Source: a virus
Taxonomy: Duplodnaviria > Caudoviricetes
Length of the DNA stretch: 58,120 nucleotides
Reading direction: 5' to 3' (one strand)
IMG/VR virus record: IMGVR_UViG_3300027969_000117
Location: 1-58,120 of that record
The notes beneath the pieces are model-generated. The model made no database searches. It was given only the letters and a program-made list of their open reading frames with translations, and was not told where the DNA came from. Positions 47,530 to 56,300 of the stretch are shown here, piece after piece. Both the position numbers and the translations under genes were made by a program. How positions within the stretch are numbered: position 1 is the first letter of the stretch; every line of letters begins with the position of its first letter.

Positions 47530-48288
47530 TTAACCAATTACAAAACTCAACGGAGTTGATCCGTCTTTGTAATTGATAAGGTCCATTTCTAATGCTTCAA
47601 TTTCGGCTTTGCCTTCTGCTTTTAGAGCAGTACCGTTTAGATTTGTACCGCCTTGTGGACTGGCAATAGTGGCAAACTTTTCACGAGCTTCGCCTAGCAT
47701 AATTTTACAATTTGCTAATGCGTAGTCTTTAATCCATACGCCTGCGTAGTTATCTTGAAACAATACAAAATCTGGTCTGTGATTGTACATCCATAACAAT
47801 ACACTTTCGTCGCCTTGAGGACGTTGACTAATACGCAACTTCTTTGTAGTTGAATTCCAGTCAAAGTTAATGTAACTACCAAACATTTTACCAACCATCT
47901 TCTGATAACCAGCAAACATAAAGTATGTTGCTAACCCGCCCATGTTACTAGATGCTAGCAAATAGGTATTTGTATAAGCCAAGTTAAACGGTTCAAACAA
48001 ACTTCCACCGTCGCCACCTCCTGATCTAGAACCAACAGAGCGTCTAAACACTTGTCGAACTTCCATTACTTCTGGTCCCAGTGTATATTCGTTCTGATTT
48101 TGCTTTAGGGTTAAAAATCCGTAGCTTTCTTCTGTGCTGTTGGTCGCACGTTGACGGTATTTTAACAGGGCACGATTAATTGCGGTGTCGTAGTGTTTAG
48201 GGTCTAATTCAACATCAACCATTCCGTCGCCGAGAAAGGTCTTAATGTATTCTACCACTTGTTGTTTTTCGTTTTCAAGATCGCTCAT
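47530..48288 (-). CDS. neck protein (T4 gp13-like)
   Basis: LG-x3-DVEL, WIKDYALA-x-CK-x2-LG, GGTNLNG motifs. Confidence 0.82.
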   Translation of the reverse strand: MSDLENEKQQVVEYIKTFLGDGMVDVELDPKHYDTAINRALLKYRQRATNSTEESYGFLTLKQNQNEYTLGPEVMEVRQVFRRSVGSRSGGGDGGSLFEPFNLAYTNTYLLASSNMGGLATYFMFAGYQKMVGKMFGSYINFDWNSTTKKLRISQRPQGDESVLLWMYNHRPDFVLFQDNYAGVWIKDYALANCKIMLGEAREKFATIASPQGGTNLNGTALKAEGKAEIEALEMDLINYKDGSTPLSFVIG

Positions 48289-48316
48289 GCTGTTATTTAC
48301 CTATAAATATACTACT

Positions 48317-49531
48317 ATGCCAAGACTATCCATGTACCGTCCTGAAAAGGGCAACGATTTCAAAATGCTCGATCGTGTAATCAACGAGCAATTTCAGGTG
48401 GGCGGGACTGATATTTTTATTCACAAATACCTAGGTCCTGTTAACCCCGAAGTAGGAACCGCAACTCCTGCGGTTCCCACAAATACTAACCCTATTCCAG
48501 AACTTGGTATCCAAGATCTAATATTTATGGAAAATAGGGATAGGCACTACGATGCCGACATTTATCAAATTCGTGGTATCTATACAATGCAAGATTTAGA
48601 TTTTAACCTAATGCAGTTTGGGTTATTTTTACACGGTGATAGTGTTATGATCACATTTCATTTACGTGGATGTGTAGAAACTCTAGGGCGTAAGTTAATG
48701 AACGGCGATGTTTTAGAACTTCCCCACTTAAAAGATGAGTATGCTCTAGGTGACGAAATAGTTGCTCTAAAAAGATTCTATGTTGTAACCGATGTAATGC
48801 GACCTGCTTCTGGATATAGTCAAACTTGGTACCCACATTTGATTCGTGCTAAATGCGAGCCACTAGTTGACAGTCAAGAATTTAAAGAAATACTTGATGC
48901 TCCTGCCGGGGATGGAGCAAAAACACTACGCGATGTTCTTAGTGTATATCAAACTAGTTTAGAAATTAACAATGCTATTGTTGCTCAAGCAGAAGCAGAT
49001 GCTCCTACAGCAGGGTATGATACTAGTAACTTGTTTGTATTGCCACTTAAAGATGATGGTACATTAGATATTCAGGATGCTAGTCGCACTGATGTTGATG
49101 CTAGTACAGAAAATCCTGCCACAGATGCCAGTGCTATTTTACAAAGTCCACAAAAAGATCTGTATGTTGGATACTTAACTGGTGACGGAATTCCTCCAAA
49201 CGGGGCTCCATATAGTTTTGGAATAGAGTTTCCTACTACCGCAGTAAAAGGTCAATTCTTTTTACGTACAGATTTCTTTCCTAACAGACTGTTTAGATAT
49301 AGCGGAGCACGTTGGTTCAAGTACGAAGACAATGTACGCATGACAATGACAAACTCATATGATGCTACTAAAGATAATTCGGACAAGACACAACCACAGA
49401 ATAATACCGCTAATCGTCAGACTCTCAAAACAGGATTTATTAACAACAATAATACTGCTACGATTGCCGGCAAGGTTATACAAGAACGTCAAGCACTAAG
49501 TAAAGCACTAAAACCCAAGGCAGATAATTAA
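48317..49531 (+). CDS. neck/head-closure protein (gp14-like)
   Basis: QFGLF...GDVLELP pattern; between gp13-like and gp15-like genes; TATAAATA before ATG 48317. Confidence 0.6.
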   Translation: MPRLSMYRPEKGNDFKMLDRVINEQFQVGGTDIFIHKYLGPVNPEVGTATPAVPTNTNPIPELGIQDLIFMENRDRHYDADIYQIRGIYTMQDLDFNLMQFGLFLHGDSVMITFHLRGCVETLGRKLMNGDVLELPHLKDEYALGDEIVALKRFYVVTDVMRPASGYSQTWYPHLIRAKCEPLVDSQEFKEILDAPAGDGAKTLRDVLSVYQTSLEINNAIVAQAEADAPTAGYDTSNLFVLPLKDDGTLDIQDASRTDVDASTENPATDASAILQSPQKDLYVGYLTGDGIPPNGAPYSFGIEFPTTAVKGQFFLRTDFFPNRLFRYSGARWFKYEDNVRMTMTNSYDATKDNSDKTQPQNNTANRQTLKTGFINNNNTATIAGKVIQERQALSKALKPKADN

Positions 49532-50916
49532 TGGAACATTTTTATGATGGTCAGGTTAAGAGATATCTTAACCAATTTATGAGACTTATGAGCGGATTTG
49601 GCTACAAAGATGCCAAAGGAAACTTAGTTCAAGTACCAGTGCGGTATGGAGATATGACTAGGCAAGTTGCCAACGTCTTGAAAAAGAACAGTGAAAACAT
49701 TGTAAACTCTGCTCCTTTTATTGCCTGCTATATTAAGGGTGTTGACTACGATAGATCACGTATACAAAATCCCTATCACATTGATAAAATGCAAATTAGA
49801 GAACGTGCTTTTGACGAACAAGGTAACGAGTACATAAATGAGCAGGGCGAAAATTATACTGTAGAGCGTATTATGCCTACTCCGTACACACTAACTTTTG
49901 CCGCAGATATATGGACAACAAACACTGATCAGAAACTACAGTTGTGGGAACAAATTGCTGTGTTGTTTAATCCGGCAATGGAGATTCAAACAACAAATAA
50001 CTTTGTTGATTGGACTAGTTTAAGTTACGTAGAATTAACTGCCACCGTGTGGTCAAGTAGAAGTATACCGCAAGGAACTGAAAATGATATTGACATTGCC
50101 AACTTAACTTTTTCAACTCCTATTTGGATTACGCCACCGGCTAAAGTTAAAAAGATGGGTATCATTACTAAAATTATTACAAACATCTTTACAGAACCAG
50201 AGGGTACTGTGTTCAGTGATAATCTATCATTTGGAAATAAAGTAGCAACAGTTAACGTAACTCCAGGGAATCTCAGCATACTTGTATTAGGTAATACAGC
50301 AAAACTTATGAAGGAATCTGACACACTAGTTGGAAATGAATATGTTCAAGTTCCTGTTAAGACAGGTGTAGATATTAACTGGTTTACTTTATTAGATCTA
50401 TATCCAGGAAAATTTAGATCGGGACTAAGTCAAATTAGATTTACAAAGCCGGATGGAAACGAAGTTGTTGGATACTTAACATTAAATCAAAATGACGACA
50501 GAGAAATGTTAATTAACTATGAAGGTGACACGTTACTTAATACTCCCATAGCAGACTTAACATCTACGTATAGTCGAGGAACAGTTAACGCAGTTATAAA
50601 TCCTCAAACATATAATCCTGGCACACCCGACACGGACACTCGTTATCTAATATTAGAAGACTTAGGCAACATTGACAATCAAGACGGCCCAGATGCTTGG
50701 AAGAATAGTGACAATACAAACTTCTTTGCCTATGCCAACGACATTATTCAGTGGGACGGCACCCACTGGAATGTTATTTTCAATTCTGCCGAACGCACAG
50801 ATGCTGTGTATATAACTAATTCATATACAGGGATACAATACAAGTGGGACGGAGAAGCTTGGAGTAAGAGCTTTGAAGGCGTGTATGATCCGGGCAACTG
50901 GCGTTTGGTACTATGA
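49531..50916 (+). CDS. tail sheath stabiliser/terminator (T4 gp15-like)
   Basis: HFYD, VPVRYG, PTPY, QLWEQI-x2-LFNP, WITPP motifs. Confidence 0.8.
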   Translation: MEHFYDGQVKRYLNQFMRLMSGFGYKDAKGNLVQVPVRYGDMTRQVANVLKKNSENIVNSAPFIACYIKGVDYDRSRIQNPYHIDKMQIRERAFDEQGNEYINEQGENYTVERIMPTPYTLTFAADIWTTNTDQKLQLWEQIAVLFNPAMEIQTTNNFVDWTSLSYVELTATVWSSRSIPQGTENDIDIANLTFSTPIWITPPAKVKKMGIITKIITNIFTEPEGTVFSDNLSFGNKVATVNVTPGNLSILVLGNTAKLMKESDTLVGNEYVQVPVKTGVDINWFTLLDLYPGKFRSGLSQIRFTKPDGNEVVGYLTLNQNDDREMLINYEGDTLLNTPIADLTSTYSRGTVNAVINPQTYNPGTPDTDTRYLILEDLGNIDNQDGPDAWKNSDNTNFFAYANDIIQWDGTHWNVIFNSAERTDAVYITNSYTGIQYKWDGEAWSKSFEGVYDPGNWRLVL

Positions 50917-51347
50917 AAATAATATGTAGTGGCGGTTTATTTCTAAGCAAAGAAACAAATAGATTTTTATTCTTACTGAGAAATCAGGGAAGAACTGCGG
51001 GTACGTGGGGACTTGTAGGCGGAAAACAAGAGCCCAATGACGCCACTGCTTATCAAGCACTTGAAAGAGAAATTCAAGAAGAAGTTGGTAAGACTCCGCC
51101 AATTAAAAAAGTAATTCCATTAGAACTATACACTAGTGAAGACCATAATTTTCAATTTAACACTTATGTATTGCTAGTTGATAAAGAATTTATTCCTACC
51201 CTTAACGAAGAACACGTAGGGTATGCCTGGTGCAATCATGAGAACTGGCCAAAACCTTTACACCAGGGTGTAAAACGTAGTTTGACCAGTAAAATTAATC
51301 GAACTAAGATTGAACTTATCTTAGAAATATTAGGTAGGGCTAGCTGA
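50913..51347 (+). CDS. NUDIX hydrolase
   Basis: GGKQE-x8-ALEREIQEEVG Nudix box. Confidence 0.92.
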   Translation: MKIICSGGLFLSKETNRFLFLLRNQGRTAGTWGLVGGKQEPNDATAYQALEREIQEEVGKTPPIKKVIPLELYTSEDHNFQFNTYVLLVDKEFIPTLNEEHVGYAWCNHENWPKPLHQGVKRSLTSKINRTKIELILEILGRAS

Positions 51348-51668
51348 CTCTTCCCAAGGCTTCCTTAGTTCTAAAACTACAGGTTCTTTTTGTCTTTGAA
51401 TCTGAGCATCAAGCATACGCTTATAATCATTTAAAGTTTCGCCTAGCGCAGACTCTACCATAATAGTAACTTGGTCTGCTGTTAGTTGTTCAAAAGTAAC
51501 AAACTCATCAGTTGGCTCATCTAGTCCTACAGTTCCAAAAACTTGGGCGGCGTGTTCCTCTCCGTCTGTTGCGTTTAAAATAAACTCAACATTGAAGACT
51601 ACTTTTTCACGCCCGTTAAGAGTAGAGTGTGCGTTAAATTTTAAAAAATCCCAGGTATATGTATTCAT
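51330..51668 (-). CDS. tail-fibre-associated small protein
   Basis: TYTW...FVTFEQLT...PW pattern; paralog of 52243..52596; TAAATA-N5-ATG. Confidence 0.7.
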   Translation of the reverse strand: MNTYTWDFLKFNAHSTLNGREKVVFNVEFILNATDGEEHAAQVFGTVGLDEPTDEFVTFEQLTADQVTIMVESALGETLNDYKRMLDAQIQRQKEPVVLELRKPWEESASPT

Positions 51669-51676
51669 AATAATAT

Positions 51677-52243
51677 TTATCTCCATTCAGGTCCTTCGTA
51701 CCACCCTACTAAACTGTATCTTTTACCCTTTGTTACTGGTGTAACTTTATGGTATGTAATACTAGGAAATATTATAGCGGTGCCCTGTGTTCGTATATTT
51801 ATAGATTTTGGGGGTAAGCCAACGTCCATAAATTCAAAATCCCCGCCCTCGTATTCATTAGGAGCACTTAATTGTACACTAATACTGAGCTTTCGATGAG
51901 GGCCAGGAAACGTTAAAAATGTATCTTTGTGTAGAGTGTATTCTCCCAAGTATGATTCGTCATACTCGGTAAACTGGAACGCATTACAGTAGTTGTAAGA
52001 TACAAAAAAATGCTCGTTATTTGCTCGAGCAATAAGAGAATCGACTTTAGAAAATAAGTCTAGCCAGGGCTCTCTACGCCTAATCCAACGTAATTTACTT
52101 CTACGAGTTGTGTCGTCTACTTTAAACTCACCGTCTTTTCCTATAACAGGATCTTCAGAGGGTAATTTTAGTGCGTCATCAATAATCTGTTGACATTGTT
52201 CAGCACTAAAATACTCTTTAAAATAGCACCACTCTGATTTCAT
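51677..52243 (-). CDS. 2OG-Fe(II) oxygenase (PKHD/prolyl-hydroxylase-like)
   Basis: HKD, RKLS, YEGG, FPS-x3-H-x-VTPVTKG-x-RYSLV-x-W. Confidence 0.9.
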   Translation of the reverse strand: MKSEWCYFKEYFSAEQCQQIIDDALKLPSEDPVIGKDGEFKVDDTTRRSKLRWIRRREPWLDLFSKVDSLIARANNEHFFVSYNYCNAFQFTEYDESYLGEYTLHKDTFLTFPGPHRKLSISVQLSAPNEYEGGDFEFMDVGLPPKSINIRTQGTAIIFPSITYHKVTPVTKGKRYSLVGWYEGPEWR

Positions 52244-52596
52244 TACTCAGGAGTTTTATCGTCTGGGTCAACGTTTACTGCTACTGTTCCGGGAATATTT
52301 GCTTGAACATAACTATGTGTTTCGACATCAGGGTGTAAACTTGACTCAATTGACTGAACTGCTACTTTAGATTTGATCCAAGTAACAATTTGTTCTTCTG
52401 TTAAGTCGTCAAAACTAACAAAAGTCTCAGGGTTTAAATTGCTTACATCTAATTCGATTACACCGTATTGTTCTACAGTTTTTCCACTAGTTCCAGTTGC
52501 CGCGCATTTCCAGAAGCACTTGTGTACTACTTTTCTAAGATCGCCGACGGGAATTAACTCTACTTGAGCTACACTCCATTCATATGTTGTTGCCAT
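52243..52596 (-). CDS. tail-fibre-associated small protein
   Basis: TYEW...FVSFDDLTEEQIVTW; GGAG SD. Confidence 0.72.
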   Translation of the reverse strand: MATTYEWSVAQVELIPVGDLRKVVHKCFWKCAATGTSGKTVEQYGVIELDVSNLNPETFVSFDDLTEEQIVTWIKSKVAVQSIESSLHPDVETHSYVQANIPGTVAVNVDPDDKTPE

Positions 52597-52620
52597 AAAA
52601 GGTCTCCGCTAAACAACTAT

Positions 52621-52806
52621 TTATTGTTCTGCGCCAGGTGCCATTGCACCGCCGCCTTGTGCTGGCTGTAGTTGCTCTTGGGCTTGTTTTGCCACTTTGT
52701 CAAATACCTGAAATACCTGCTCGTATGGTAACTTGCCTAAACCGGCTAATAGTGTGTTTAGTTCGTTAACGTCGACAGTAAGGGTAACTTTTTGAATAAC
52801 TTGCAT
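52621..52806 (-). CDS. small fibre-associated protein
   Basis: ELNTLLAGLGKLPYEQV pattern; TAAATA and GGAG upstream. Confidence 0.7.
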   Translation of the reverse strand: MQVIQKVTLTVDVNELNTLLAGLGKLPYEQVFQVFDKVAKQAQEQLQPAQGGGAMAPGAEQ

Positions 52807-52847
52807 GTTGGATCTCCAATAATAATGTACGTTTATTTACGTGTGTA

Positions 52848-53396
52848 TTATTCTGGCGGGGTCTTTCCTGGGCGATAATGCGCGGCCGGGATAGAAGTCG
52901 CTTTTGTACTCAACATTTGATCGTATCTTGCCATACCTGCTGCAACTTCTGCTTTGTGTAGAGGATTTTCTGCAGGATCAAGAGGAAGTTTAGTAGACGC
53001 ACAAAATGCCACATGTTCAATATGATCAGTAAAAGTTAAATTTACTCCAATAACTTCCATACTTCTAAGGGAAGGATTTTTTCTTGTTTCATCTTCGTCT
53101 TGGTGAGCATAGATTAAATTGCCAGTAGTGTCAATGTGTTCTTCATGAATTTCTGCTACTTTTGCGTTTAGTTCTGCTACAATACTAATAACTTCTGGAG
53201 AAACACCTGTAAGTTCCAAGTAATCCATACTTGGAACAGGATGCTGATTAGCATGATGATATTTGTCCTCGTGACACATCACTAGTCTGCCAGTTATAAA
53301 AGTACCTGGTGTTAGATAAGAAGCAGTTAACGCAGAATTTAAATTAGTCTTAATTACTTCTGCTTCTGCTATCAGTTCACTTGTTGTCTTTGCCAT
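52848..53396 (-). CDS. hypothetical protein downstream of tail fibre
   Basis: AAGGA SD; overlaps the fibre 3' end. Confidence 0.68.
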   Translation of the reverse strand: MAKTTSELIAEAEVIKTNLNSALTASYLTPGTFITGRLVMCHEDKYHHANQHPVPSMDYLELTGVSPEVISIVAELNAKVAEIHEEHIDTTGNLIYAHQDEDETRKNPSLRSMEVIGVNLTFTDHIEHVAFCASTKLPLDPAENPLHKAEVAAGMARYDQMLSTKATSIPAAHYRPGKTPPE

Positions 53397-56300
53397 TTAA
53401 TTGTCCTTTCAAGTCTGTGATTTCTGCTTTCATAGCATCCATCTCTTCTTTCATTTCACTTATATGTAGCCTCAACTGGTTAACAGCCTGAACTAAAATG
53501 GGCGTAATCTTATTGTAGTTAATTGACAGATAATCTGGTTGATCTGGACTGTCAACTGGAAGGTCTGGGTCGTTACTTGCCCTGTTTACACCAACGGCAT
53601 CAGGTAGTGCCGCCTGAACATCTTGTGCAATAAGACCAATTTCTTCTTTACCTGGAGTTAGATAATCGTATAGTACCGTTGCTTTTTCGTTCCAGTCAAA
53701 TCGATAAGTAGTCATCTTACCTAGAATTTCTAAGGCTTCATATCCAATAGGACGTAGATTTTCTTTAAGTCTACCGTCTGACCATCCTGCCATAACGTGA
53801 CCTGGACTATAGAAGTTACGTGATTCAGTATAGTACAACCAGTTGCCATACCCGTTACTATACATACCGCCAAAATAGTGGCCAGCTGTCATCCAAATAT
53901 TAGATGTGTTATAGTTATAAACTCCATACCAGCCGTTAGTAGAACCTTCTAGTCTCCATGATCCGTATGTACCAGTCTGCGGATACCAGTGTGTTCCACC
54001 ACCTGAACTAGGAGCATACAATCCCGTAGAGCCGTCGATCTGTAACCATGTGTGTACACGATAGTACGAAGTACCTTCTTGACTTAGAACAGGCGAGCCA
54101 CTGTAGGTATAAATTTGTGCGGCGGCATACATTGTTCCGCCCATGTCCAACTGCCATCTATTAGCAGCCGCAGACCAGCCACCAATACGTACTACGTTAT
54201 CAGCATCAAGACCAAAGTTAGTAGCATAGTATCCGCCTCTATGAAGACTCATTGAAGCTGTATAGTTACCTGTTGAATATGCCTGTAGAGCAAAACTGTT
54301 ACCACTGCCATTATAGTATGTAGCAAAGGTAGAGTTAGCTTGGAAATAGTTATAACTTGTCCAGGTGTTGCTTGAGCCACGGATATCACCAATAAATCCA
54401 GGTCCGTTACTCAACTGGTTTAAGTTACTTAGGCTGTTCCACCCGCCTGACGTCCAAACTGGTCCTCCTGATGCATACAGGTATGCCGCACGTAATTCTT
54501 TAGAGCCATTACCGCCTTGACCAATACGCACACCTTGTCCACGATAGTAAACAAGTTCTAATGGGTCGCCGTCATATCCAGAATCTACTGTGTCAAAGAA
54601 CGCAGAGTTGCCGTTGTAAGCAACACCAAGACCGTAGTTACCATCACTAATGCGTCTTAAGGATGTGTATGTTCCGTTGTCAACTAAGAAGCCAGAACCG
54701 TTGCTCAACTGGCTTACGCTGGTCAAGTTACTAGAGTCCCAGCTTGTAGCCTGTGTACCTCCACCGTAGTTGTTCTTGTAGATGTACATTGTACCACCTG
54801 ACCAGAAGAACTGCCATCCGTAACTTGGATTATGGAATCCAGTGTGGTTACTTGTTGGTAGAATCATCAAGTCAACTTGGCCGTTGCTTGCGTCAAATGA
54901 TAGGCCACCCCAACCGTTACGTGTTCCTGCTATTCTCCAAGAACCATATGATGCGTTATTTGGATAAAAGTGAGCACCATTCAACGAGCTGTATAGTCCA
55001 TGATAGCCAGTTGTTTGTAACCATGTGTCTAACTGATAATACGAATTACCAAACTTTCCTAAGAATCCTGGACCGTTAGTTAACTGTGATAGATTAGATA
55101 AGTTGCCGCTTGACCATAATAGATTGGAATATCGTCCTGTTCCATCCCATTGGGTTTCACTGTCTCGGGCGCTTCTATACCACATGTTATCGTTATACTG
55201 GAAATATAACTGAACAGCTGGAGTCGAGCCACCAATACCTGCTAAGTGTAACAATGCAGCAGAGTATCCTGTTTCGCCTACGGTATACCAGCCGCTTGTT
55301 AAAGCACCTTCAGTTTGACTACCGCCAGTGATAGAACCTTTGTAAACAAAAGAACTTCCACTTGTAATATATCCAGGGCCGTTAGTCAACTGTGATAAGT
55401 TGGTTAGGTTACCGCTATCCCAAACAGTATATGCGCCACCACGAGCATAAACAGGGCCACCACGATAGTAGTTTAGATAAATTGGATATCCACTACCTAA
55501 ACTTTCAAGATGTAAGTTACCGTTAGTAGTGGCAATCTGTGCGTAAGAGCCGTCAATGCCGTTACCGCCAATTTGTAAGTATTGTGTCCAACTTGAGTTA
55601 GGTCCGTATAGTGTTCTGTTATTTCCTTGAACACGCATTTGACCGTTTACATCAAGGTAATAACTCGGAGTTAATGTATTGATACCAACATAGCCGTTAA
55701 TAGGATCAATACACATACGTTCAACTGGCAAGTCGTTACCTGTACCACTTGTACCTGTACCGGGTTTTGTAGCAAATACTAAGTAGTCACGTTCAGAACC
55801 TGGAGTATCATATAATCTAGTACCAATCCATGCCTGAGGAGCGGCATTATAACTTGTGCTATCAGCATTTAATGTTCCACCGGCATAGTTTAACAAGTGG
55901 TTAAACGCAATACCACCGTAATAACTGTTGGCCGTTGTTATACGACTTGTTGCCGGTCCTACCTGAGCAGAATATGTTGTTGCATTGATTACACTAGCGC
56001 CAGTTCCACTTGAGTGTAACATGTGACTTCCGCCACGGAAATCTAACGGGCTTGTATAGTATGCTGAAACATAACCAGGTCCGTTAGTAAACTGACTCAA
56101 GTTAGTTAAGTTTTGACTATCATAGTTTGTACGAATTGGTAAGTCAATATAGTTACCAGACGGAGTAACTACAGTACAATAGTTTGTCCAGGTGCCGCCG
56201 CCTACTACCAATTCATAGAAAGATGTTGCTCCTAAAAATGCGCCAAAATAAGCGTATACATCGTAAGTACTTTGATCAACTTGTACTACACGGATAATGC

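Larger units (their letters stand above)
10224..51679. promoter_or_regulatory. dispersed T4-like late promoters (TAAATA)
   Basis: TAAATA directly upstream of genes starting at 10238, 10465, 10616, 10982, 13930, 19764, 48317 (+) and 13818, 19733, 23774, 35470, 37062, 38784, 41861, 42553, 46419, 48288, 51668 (-); matches the core of T4 TATAAATA. Confidence 0.85.
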
